Shown: piece after piece, positions 1 through 7,588 of the stretch
How the letters are laid out: each line of letters opens with the position of its first letter
Position numbering within the stretch: the first letter of the stretch is position 1
Origin: a virus
Taxonomy: Duplodnaviria; Caudoviricetes
IMG/VR virus record: IMGVR_UViG_3300020411_000002
Direction: 5' to 3' (one strand)
Length of the DNA: 64,000 nt
Notes under the pieces: generated by a model
What the model saw: only the letters and a program-made list of their open reading frames with translations
What the model was told of the DNA's origin: nothing
Databases searched by the model: none
Position numbers and translations under genes: made by a program

Positions 1-315
1 TTGTGGAGCAGTTAAGAACTCGCCGTTTAAAGTGTAATGATAGCCGTCACAAGTCCAGTTGAGCGATATAGGACTACTGAACGAAGTACGCAACGCAAGC
101 AGTATATAATAAAAATCCCCAATAGTAAGGTACTTTAGGGGTATATTGATTACGCTACGCACTGCTTCAATTAAATGGTTCGCGTTATCTTTACTGACTG
201 CCATTGATAGCATACCTAGTTCAGATATCGAAAACTTTCTAATCTCTAATGTTGGATATTTAGCTGGGTCAATAAGTAACCCACGCGATGGGAGGTCTTT
301 AAGATTAACGTTCAT
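1..315 (-). CDS. Partial gene, runs off the window start; probable baseplate hub/tail assembly protein (T4 gp26/gp51-like)
   Basis: Not in the ORF track. Hand translation from ATG 315 is open to base 1: MNVNLKDLPSRGLLIDPAKYPTLEIRKFSISELGML...LTIGDFYYILLALRTSFSSPISLNWTCDG. The LPSRG and LT.GD.YY.L..LR pattern resembles baseplate assembly proteins, and it lies next to tube genes. Confidence 0.5.
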   Translation of the reverse strand, partial: MNVNLKDLPSRGLLIDPAKYPTLEIRKFSISELGMLSMAVSKDNANHLIEAVRSVINIPLKYLTIGDFYYILLALRTSFSSPISLNWTCDGYHYTLNGEFLTAPQ

Positions 316-321
316 ATTTTC

Positions 322-849
322 CTACAGTCGTGTTGGTATAAAAGAATCACACGCCATATTTACATTTAATCGAACCCTATCTCCACCTGTATAGTTAAGA
401 CTAAGATTCTGTATTCCCATAGGCCAAACGTTTCTGATAAGCGCTTGGTAAATAGGTATGTTTTTGTTATTGAGTAAATAGACTTTTAGATCTTTCTTGA
501 AGAATGTAGCTGGATAGAAACCACCTGAATAAGGGTTTTGAACTATACTTTGCCAACCAAGAAAATAATCTAGTGTTCTAGCTTTTTGGTCTTCGTAAAC
601 TGTAATATCGAATGCTTGAATTTGGCTAGCGCCTGGAAACATGATATTGGTAGCAGCTATTGTAAACTGCTTTTCAGAAATCTGAGGAAAAGGTAAGCTA
701 ACCTCTTCACAATACGATATAGGTAATGTTTCTTTTCCCTCTATTGTTGGAAACGAATCGATTATCCATTTGTATTCTAGAAGAGGTCCGCGATCACCCT
801 CTGTGCCCCTCATGACTTCATCTAATGTAATCTGTCTTACACTTGCCAT
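322..849 (-). CDS. Tail tube-like protein 2 (T4 gp19/gp54-like fold)
   Basis: CEEVSLPF, FDITVYEDQ...YF..WQ, and NVWP..I..L.L.Y pattern typical of tube and tube-initiator proteins; tail context. Confidence 0.6.
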   Translation of the reverse strand: MASVRQITLDEVMRGTEGDRGPLLEYKWIIDSFPTIEGKETLPISYCEEVSLPFPQISEKQFTIAATNIMFPGASQIQAFDITVYEDQKARTLDYFLGWQSIVQNPYSGGFYPATFFKKDLKVYLLNNKNIPIYQALIRNVWPMGIQNLSLNYTGGDRVRLNVNMACDSFIPTRL

Positions 850-862
850 AAGAGCCTCAAAG

Positions 863-1546
863 TTAAATGTCTACAACTACTATCAGATGCTTAACTTCGC
901 CGTCCATTCGAACTGTACCAAGTTCTACATCAATGCCCGGTATCTGTTTTTCAATCTCACGTTCAAGCTCAGTAGCCCAAGAACCAAACTGACCTACTCG
1001 AAGACCGTGTTTACGTCTGTAAGAACGTAGCGTTGAAATTGCATCATAGAAATAATAAACTTCGCCCGGCAACATTTCACGCGCACGAATAAACTCAATC
1101 TTCTTCATACCATTGATACGAACATTTTTGAGTTTACGTGTTAGGTCCGTGTCTTCGCGTGGATGATTAAGCATTGTAACAGATACAGGAGTAGCACCGG
1201 CACCTTTGCTAGGATTAAGAGAGTTATCTTTATCCATTCCAGCAGGGGCGCCCCGTAAGCTGTCTTTAATAGACTTACCATCTACTTTACCACGATGCGA
1301 TTTAGACCGTTTAAGAATGTTCATTGCTTCACGTTCAGTAAGCTTGAACTTTGTATCGAGCGAGAATTCTTCTATCAGATAGTAATTGCCTCGTGGGGCA
1401 GGCATCAATCCATAAACATCACCACTAGCTAGTTCTAAATCATATTTTGGATTGTGGTCTAGAAACTTAGCAGGGCGTTTACCCATGAACTTATACCAAG
1501 CGCACTTTTTAACGTCAATTGGTTTAGCTGATAGACTAATAAGCAT
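863..1546 (-). CDS. Hypothetical virion-associated protein with S-x-S-A leader (227 aa)
   Basis: Start revised from 1684 to ATG 1546 (MLISLSAKP), immediately after the upstream stop at 1548-1550. Contains a ~65-aa domain shared with the ORFs starting at 15803 and 27315. Confidence 0.7.
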   Translation of the reverse strand: MLISLSAKPIDVKKCAWYKFMGKRPAKFLDHNPKYDLELASGDVYGLMPAPRGNYYLIEEFSLDTKFKLTEREAMNILKRSKSHRGKVDGKSIKDSLRGAPAGMDKDNSLNPSKGAGATPVSVTMLNHPREDTDLTRKLKNVRINGMKKIEFIRAREMLPGEVYYFYDAISTLRSYRRKHGLRVGQFGSWATELEREIEKQIPGIDVELGTVRMDGEVKHLIVVVDI

Positions 1547-1547
1547 A

Positions 1548-1919
1548 TTAATTTCTTCTTGTCTTAGGCTTTGGAATCTTTTGAAGCATTGCTTTTTTGC
1601 GCTTGTAGTCCATATATAGTTTACGAACTTCAATACGTGCTTCTGACTTTTCTTGCGAAGATGCGCGGTTTCTGCCGACACCACGAATGATATCTAAGCG
1701 GCGGATAATCTGTGAACGCAGGTTACGAACTTCACGCGTCATCTTACTGTGACGATCTTGCTTCTGCATACGTTTACGACGAGGGCCTCTACGTCTTGGA
1801 GCGCGAAACACGGCACGACGACGGTCAGTAATATTAACTCCTAAGTCAGAGTAATCTACTGAATCAGACTCAACCTCATTTGCTGGAACTAAATCACCAG
1901 CTAACATTACTAGCTTCAT
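1548..1919 (-). CDS. Small Arg/Lys-rich basic protein, probable DNA-binding internal head protein
   Basis: GGAG SD before ATG 1919. Acidic N-terminus (EVESDSVD) followed by RRRAVFRAPRRRGPRRKR and KRKK...KPKTRRN. Confidence 0.65.
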   Translation of the reverse strand: MKLVMLAGDLVPANEVESDSVDYSDLGVNITDRRRAVFRAPRRRGPRRKRMQKQDRHSKMTREVRNLRSQIIRRLDIIRGVGRNRASSQEKSEARIEVRKLYMDYKRKKAMLQKIPKPKTRRN

Positions 1920-1963
1920 TTTTGTTCTCCAATAGGTGACGCCGTCCTTGGCATCAATTCAGT

Positions 1964-2479
1964 TTACGCTACTTTATTGTAGTCGTCGAATGAAAACTCT
2001 GCATCGTACTGTAATGCGTTAGAGCCGGTGCCTTCAAAAGCAAGCTCTGGTGCAGTCTTAGGCCATACGCCTTTGATGCGATACTCAGCAGCAGTTGAAC
2101 CGTCCTGCTTGAAGATACGTAGAGTAGCATTAACTGCGTACTCGTCTTTAAATCCACCAAGCTGTGTTTTGTGATCACGACAGAAGTTAACCCACTCTTC
2201 AAGAACTGTATAAACAGAAAGTTCAGAGTTCTCAACAAAGCCAACGTTCATGCTTCCAGTAACCGTGTTCTGACCTGCGTGGCGAACAGTGTGACCGAAT
2301 ACTTGAACAAGAACTTCTGCAATAGTAAGTCCCGGCTTGTTAACAGAGCGGCATTGCATACGGAAAGCTTCTGTAGCATCAGTGATTTCAGAAGGCAATG
2401 AGTCGAATACAAGTTCGTAGTTATCTGACAATAACGGATCGCCAATGCTAATCGCGTTATCTAGTGTAGGCTTTGGCAT
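1964..2479 (-). CDS. Tail tube protein 1 (T4 gp19-like)
   Basis: Start revised to ATG 2479 (AGGA SD, no overlap with the sheath). CRSVNKPG, F.E.....VY..LEEW and IKGVWP...PEL.F motifs; directly downstream of the sheath. Confidence 0.8.
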   Translation of the reverse strand: MPKPTLDNAISIGDPLLSDNYELVFDSLPSEITDATEAFRMQCRSVNKPGLTIAEVLVQVFGHTVRHAGQNTVTGSMNVGFVENSELSVYTVLEEWVNFCRDHKTQLGGFKDEYAVNATLRIFKQDGSTAAEYRIKGVWPKTAPELAFEGTGSNALQYDAEFSFDDYNKVA

Positions 2480-2492
2480 AACAAAAATCCTA

Positions 2493-4112
2493 TTAAGTGT
2501 TAGAGATAAATTCAACAGCAGCTTGTAGTTGACCTGTCTTAGGCACTACAGCATTTAAGTGAATACGCTTAGTGTATCTAGTAGGATCTAAGTACACATC
2601 GATAATCACATCCCCGTTTGCAATCGTATCGTTAGTGTTGTTACGACGATCACAAATAACTTCGTACCAGTAGACACCACGACCGCGACGAACAGGTTCA
2701 AGTAACGCTTCAAGTGTTCCACGTTGCTTATCGAATAGCAATTCATCGATAGGCTGGAATACAGCGTAGTTGTTATTGATTTTAACCGCAGCTTGAAGCA
2801 TAGCAAGCATACGAACAATACCAACATCTTGTAACGCACTCTTAACCGTGTACAGGGTATCAGCACCCCACACTAAAGTTCCTTGACCAGAAATACTACG
2901 AATAATATTAATCTGGTTTTCAACTAGTGCGTTACGATGACCTTGTTTGTAGTCTTGTGCAAGTCCAAGAATACCATTAAGATATCCATTCTGAATACCA
3001 GCAGGAGCAAACCAAGGCGCTTCGTTTTCGTCAGTACGAGCATAGACAGCAGCAACATGACCGCTTGGTGGAATCTGAACATCAACACCATTTTCAGTAT
3101 CACGAACAATTAAGTCAGGTCCGTAAAGAGCCGAAGTATAATCGTTAATATTAAGAACGTTACGGCGGTAATCAATAGCTGCCTGTGTTTCTTGAACTGC
3201 GCTAGGTAAGTCTAGGACAGCTATACAGTCTTGACGTACACCAGCAATAGTGTTCATCTTGATTTGAATTGCAGGGTCTGAGTAACCAGCGTTAATCAAA
3301 ATGTTTACGTCAATCTCTTCTGGATCAATGAACTTGTCCCATGCTTGGATGATATCACCAGTAGTAATAGCATCACCGTTAGTTCCACCTACTAACTGAC
3401 CGTTAAGCTCGTTGTTAACGTCATCACGAATACCACCACCAATAGCATTGATTAGTTGTGGCTTGTTAGTGTTAGCAAATTCTGCGTGTTGTTTGTTGAA
3501 GCGAATGCGAATACGGTTTGAACGCGCATTGACAATATCTTCAATAAACATTTGCTTTCCACCAGCATCAGTCTTACGGAAACAAGTACCGACATACTCT
3601 TCCGATGCAACCGTGTTAGTACCCTCATACACTCTGAGATAAAAACTATCGCCTGATAAATCAGCAGTGTTAGGAAAGAACTCAATCCAAAGATTGTTAT
3701 TCCATTCGCCTTCATCACGACCGTACACTAACATAATATCTTGTGCTGTTAATGTAACATCTGTGGGTTTATCGAATCCAGCAGACGGGTGACGAGTAGC
3801 AGAGTAGTTGTTATCTGTGAAAACAACTACACCACCATACTTAGCGTTACGTGCTACGCGCAAGAAGTACAAACGGTTAGCTTCTGAAAGAAAACCTTCT
3901 GCACAATAATGAGCGACACCGAAACGCGGGTCTTTCTTTCCGAATACGTTACGGAAATCTTCATTGTCAGTTACTAGTGTTGGTACACCAATAGGACCTT
4001 TCTTAGACGCACCGACCAGAGCACCAATAGAAGTAGCTTCGGCAGTAATACGTTGAGAACGGTCATTGATTTGGGTGTACACACCTGCTGACGTACTATT
4101 AGTAGCAAGCAT
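2493..4112 (-). CDS. Contractile tail sheath protein 1
   Basis: SAGVYTQIND, ALVGASKKGPIG.PTLVT, PPSGHVAAVYARTD, WFAPAG, INIIR...G..VWGA.TL, CD..NNT...IANG: T4 gp18-type sheath motifs. Confidence 0.92.
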   Translation of the reverse strand: MLATNSTSAGVYTQINDRSQRITAEATSIGALVGASKKGPIGVPTLVTDNEDFRNVFGKKDPRFGVAHYCAEGFLSEANRLYFLRVARNAKYGGVVVFTDNNYSATRHPSAGFDKPTDVTLTAQDIMLVYGRDEGEWNNNLWIEFFPNTADLSGDSFYLRVYEGTNTVASEEYVGTCFRKTDAGGKQMFIEDIVNARSNRIRIRFNKQHAEFANTNKPQLINAIGGGIRDDVNNELNGQLVGGTNGDAITTGDIIQAWDKFIDPEEIDVNILINAGYSDPAIQIKMNTIAGVRQDCIAVLDLPSAVQETQAAIDYRRNVLNINDYTSALYGPDLIVRDTENGVDVQIPPSGHVAAVYARTDENEAPWFAPAGIQNGYLNGILGLAQDYKQGHRNALVENQINIIRSISGQGTLVWGADTLYTVKSALQDVGIVRMLAMLQAAVKINNNYAVFQPIDELLFDKQRGTLEALLEPVRRGRGVYWYEVICDRRNNTNDTIANGDVIIDVYLDPTRYTKRIHLNAVVPKTGQLQAAVEFISNT

Positions 4113-4158
4113 TTATTTACTCCTATTTAACTCTAAGTCAATAGTGTTAAATTACAAA

Positions 4159-4563
4159 TCAAGCGTAGGAAATCTTGATGGTTTGTTCTATGTCAGTACG
4201 AATAGTCAATCGACCGTTGTACGAACCCGGAAAGCAGAACATTCGTTTCACATTAAACGTGATAGAATTCATCAAAGAGGAATCACCGAAGTCTACTTTA
4301 AATGCGTGTGGAGCTTCAATTAAACAGAAGTGCTTTTGTTCGTACTCTGGTATTAAATGAAACTGCGTGGGAGTTACCAAGACAGACTGCGATATAAAGG
4401 CATCGCTGTGTGGAACTAATGCACTAGTACTTTGATTAGCTAGAACAGCCCGTGAATAGTGGGTTGCTTTAGTTACAGCAAAGTCAAACACAAACGTAGA
4501 ACCAACGCCCTTAGTCTTAGTCAGTCGAGAGTTAATCTTCATCGGTATGTTGGTCGTCATCAT
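4159..4563 (-). CDS. Hypothetical protein (start may be ATG 4542)
   Basis: ORF track; co-oriented in the head-tail block. Confidence 0.6.
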   Translation of the reverse strand: MMTTNIPMKINSRLTKTKGVGSTFVFDFAVTKATHYSRAVLANQSTSALVPHSDAFISQSVLVTPTQFHLIPEYEQKHFCLIEAPHAFKVDFGDSSLMNSITFNVKRMFCFPGSYNGRLTIRTDIEQTIKISYA

Positions 4564-5203
4564 CCAACTCCATTCTGTAGGTTATCTCACCTTCGTTGTT
4601 AAGTTTAGCAACATCTTTGTGAGTACCTATCTTACCATCTACACGAAAAGGAAGTTCTACACTAAATGTGCCTGGACTGTTTTCATCTTCAAGGACAGCT
4701 TCTGGAAAAGTAGCAGACAGACTTTCAGTATAGATTCTTGTAACGAAAGGAATCCCTTTCCCTATAGGTAAATTAACTTTTACGTTAAGAGATTCAGTAC
4801 CTACCATAATTAGATAGCGCTCAATCAACGACAAAGCATCTTGAATATTGTTAGTCGAATACTTCAACTGACAATCCAATGTAGCTTTAAAGAAGTAACC
4901 CATAGAGTAGGACGTATTAGAAGTTCCACCAGCATAAGCAGAACCGTGTCTACGCAATAACTTTACGTTACCATACTCTTTAGTCATTTCAATCGATGAA
5001 ACTTTCCAATACTGATAAGGGTACTTTGTGCCGTCGATATTTCTATCGTTACGAACAGCGCCTTTATAGTCGTCATCAGTTACTAAAGGAAATACATCAA
5101 ATTTAAAACGATTTGTGAATGCCGTCTTTACCGCCTGCATAGTTGCATACAGTGGGGCATTTGTTTGCTTAGCTGAGCCAAGTAAATCATTGTATCTAGA
5201 CAT
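4532..5203 (-). CDS. Hypothetical protein, possibly neck/tail-completion protein
   Basis: Start revised to ATG 5203 because TTG 5254 lies inside a terminator-like hairpin. Located between capsid and sheath genes; function inferred from position only. Confidence 0.55.
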   Translation of the reverse strand: MSRYNDLLGSAKQTNAPLYATMQAVKTAFTNRFKFDVFPLVTDDDYKGAVRNDRNIDGTKYPYQYWKVSSIEMTKEYGNVKLLRRHGSAYAGGTSNTSYSMGYFFKATLDCQLKYSTNNIQDALSLIERYLIMVGTESLNVKVNLPIGKGIPFVTRIYTESLSATFPEAVLEDENSPGTFSVELPFRVDGKIGTHKDVAKLNNEGEITYRMELDDDDQHTDED

Positions 5204-5218
5204 TAGCGACCTTGAAAC

Positions 5219-5269
5219 AAAAAAGCCCCATGCAAAAGCCAGAAGTTCCGACAATTGACACAGGGCTTT
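5219..5269 (-). terminator. Long imperfect hairpin with U-tract, likely intrinsic terminator
   Basis: Minus strand AAAGCCCTGTG...CATGGGGCTTT-TTT with an inner stem GTCGGA/TCTGGC, just after the stop at 5273. Confidence 0.6.
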
Positions 5270-5272
5270 ATT

Positions 5273-5665
5273 TTATTTTCGTGTTTTGAAACTAACACGT
5301 AATGGAGACTTGATAGCCGAAGAAGCCGTAACTTCTATTTCTTCATCTTCATCAAATGATTGAGAGCGATAATCATCAAAACTTTCTACATCATCACGCA
5401 TACTTTTACGACGGTTAGCAACGTTCATAGAAGAGAGTGCCTCTTCAATAGAGTTGCTAATGGAATCAAGAGTAGTATCAGTGTTAGCCAAGCTTTCAGC
5501 AAGAACAGGTCCTGTATAACTGCCTTCCACTAATGAGTCAATAAACGCATTAGAGTCGCTCGATGCCATTGCTAACGTAAATAGCTTTGCAAAATTGGAG
5601 AAGTCTTTTTGATTGAACGCAATACAAGATAAAGCAACCAAGTCTTTCGCACTATTATCTTTCAT
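5273..5665 (-). CDS. Hypothetical head-associated protein
   Basis: GGAG SD; immediately downstream of the major capsid gene. Confidence 0.65.
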   Translation of the reverse strand: MKDNSAKDLVALSCIAFNQKDFSNFAKLFTLAMASSDSNAFIDSLVEGSYTGPVLAESLANTDTTLDSISNSIEEALSSMNVANRRKSMRDDVESFDDYRSQSFDEDEEIEVTASSAIKSPLRVSFKTRK

Positions 5666-5680
5666 GCCCTATCTCCGTAG

Positions 5681-5709
5681 AAAAGGTGGTGGAAGCGTTA
5701 ACTACCACC
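5681..5709 (-). terminator. Intrinsic terminator after the major capsid gene
   Basis: GGTGGT/ACCACC stem followed by TTTT on the minus strand. Confidence 0.55.
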
Positions 5710-5725
5710 GAGTTAAACTAAAATC

Positions 5726-6808
5726 TTATACTCGTTGACCTTTTGCTACAGAGCGAACGTTTGCAAGAACGAACGAGAACGTTTCAGCAATTAACCAACC
5801 TTTGTCAGTTGCGCCTTGGTTCGCACCATCAGTAGGAGTAGAACGTACACCGCGAGTAGTGTAAACGCCGTGGTTTTCAGGAGAAGATACAACGTAGATT
5901 TCGCCTTTATCAAGAACGCGTTGGTTCTGAGCGCGGAAACCGTCAGTCATAAGTTCTAGTCCAACTAGTGTACCGATTTTACCGTTAACAACTAGGTCGA
6001 ACTTGCTTACTGGATCAAGGAATGAGCTGAACTCAGGGTTACCGATAATGTCTTTCCAGAAGTCATTAGAGATAATCGCTTTGTTAGCAGACAAGTTCCA
6101 GTCAGTAACCTGTTCTTGCATTGACGCAAGCATCTTAGGTGTAAGTTCACCAGAGATATAAGTAAGATCGTTTGCACGACCTACAGTGCGGTCAGCAGCG
6201 CGTTTCCAGATACGGTCTTCGCCAGTCATGATAGCTTCCATAGCTTGATCGCGAATGTCGCGAAGCAGGTCGCCAGATGATTGGTCAAGTTCCATTTGAG
6301 ATACGCGAACGTTTGACTTAACTTCGTATTCAGATGGACGGAACTGACGATCACGAATCAGTTGATAACCCATTTGAGTTGGTGAAGTTGAGATAACCGC
6401 TTGCACTTCGTGGCGTGGCATATAAACGTTAGGGAATTCACCTTGACGTAGAGTTTTACCAACCGCTAAGTTACGCATAAAGCCAGCGCGTGAAGCTTGC
6501 TCAGAAATTTCGTCAGCTACAGCAGCACCCAGTGCAGCCCAGTCTTCAAGAGAAGCGTTAGCTTGTGCAACTAGCTCCGCTTCTTGACGAGAGATTTCTT
6601 CTGATGGAACATGTTCTTGCTTGATTTCGCCAGAAGCCGACATGCTCATGATCGTACTAATAGCTTCTAGTAGCTCGCCTTTATCGTGCGCGTTAATTTC
6701 GCCGTTAGAAGAAAGAGCAGATAAGCCGGAACCCGGCAGTTTCAAAGCTTCGATAGGATCGCCGTTCGCCAGTACATGACGGAAGTTACGTGCGTTAGAT
6801 TTGTTCAT
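5726..6808 (-). CDS. Major capsid protein (HK97-type fold)
   Basis: 360 aa with strong SD. Follows scaffold and decoration genes and is followed by a terminator. Pattern EISEQASRAGFMR...EAIMTGEDRIW...GKIGTLVGLELMTD is consistent with a capsid protein. Confidence 0.8.
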   Translation of the reverse strand: MNKSNARNFRHVLANGDPIEALKLPGSGLSALSSNGEINAHDKGELLEAISTIMSMSASGEIKQEHVPSEEISRQEAELVAQANASLEDWAALGAAVADEISEQASRAGFMRNLAVGKTLRQGEFPNVYMPRHEVQAVISTSPTQMGYQLIRDRQFRPSEYEVKSNVRVSQMELDQSSGDLLRDIRDQAMEAIMTGEDRIWKRAADRTVGRANDLTYISGELTPKMLASMQEQVTDWNLSANKAIISNDFWKDIIGNPEFSSFLDPVSKFDLVVNGKIGTLVGLELMTDGFRAQNQRVLDKGEIYVVSSPENHGVYTTRGVRSTPTDGANQGATDKGWLIAETFSFVLANVRSVAKGQRV

Positions 6809-6849
6809 GGTTTAATTACTCCAGATTCGTTTCACAATTACTGCAAAGA

Positions 6850-7557
6850 TTAAATAACTGATTCCAGTACTAGGAAAGCAGAAGAACTGGTTGGTGCTTC
6901 TGACACAACCCAGTTGGTTAATACGGTTCCGTCACCGCCAACAGTAAGATTACCATCAGCGCCAAGGCTTGGATGTACTGCGCTAGCCCAATCAACAGTT
7001 ACGTCGAAGTTTGAGATAGTAAGCTTAGTTGCAGTAATAACGCGACCAACGATACCCATTTCAGCAGAAGGGTTACCACCGATAGGACCTTCACCATGAA
7101 TAAGACGAGATTCAGCAACAGTAGGCTCGTAAGTAGATTGTACTTTAACTGCTTTGCCTTTGTCAGCATCGTTGAAGTAAAGAGTATCACCGTCAACAGC
7201 AACTTCACCGGCATTAGCAGGAGCAGAAGAACCAACAGACACTTTAGAAGAGTCAACAGCAGTACCGTCTAGGAAGATAGCGAAGTTGCTTTGATCAAGT
7301 TTTTGACCAGCAACAAATTTACCTTGGTCAGACACTGTGCCTTCAGTGATGAAAGGAAGCATACCAGGTGGCATTGCGCGGCTGATTGAGAAACCAGCGA
7401 AAACTTCTGAGTCATCAGCACCAGTAGAAAGACCAAGCTTAGTCTTACCGTCGTGCTTTTTGAATACAAGAGCCATACCTTCATCAGTGATAGGCTCGCC
7501 TGGAACGTAGTCACCTTCGGAAGTTTTTACGAACAAAGTATTTGCGTAATTAATCAT
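6850..7557 (-). CDS. Probable head decoration/cement protein
   Basis: 235 aa, G/A/V-rich; lies between scaffold and capsid genes with strong SD. Confidence 0.55.
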   Translation of the reverse strand: MINYANTLFVKTSEGDYVPGEPITDEGMALVFKKHDGKTKLGLSTGADDSEVFAGFSISRAMPPGMLPFITEGTVSDQGKFVAGQKLDQSNFAIFLDGTAVDSSKVSVGSSAPANAGEVAVDGDTLYFNDADKGKAVKVQSTYEPTVAESRLIHGEGPIGGNPSAEMGIVGRVITATKLTISNFDVTVDWASAVHPSLGADGNLTVGGDGTVLTNWVVSEAPTSSSAFLVLESVI

Positions 7558-7588
7558 TTGGAAATTCTCCGATTACAGATTTGATATC

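Noticed and set aside
1547-1684. Upstream extension of ORF 863-1684, including an A_AAA_AAG at 1592-1598
   Set aside because: It overlaps the Arg-rich gene in another frame. In the translated gene the run reads C_AAA_AAA, and joining the two genes would need a +1 shift. ATG 1546 gives a coupled start with the MLISLS leader.
5204-5254. TTG start at 5254 for ORF 4532-5254
   Set aside because: It falls inside the terminator-like hairpin; ATG 5203 is more plausible.
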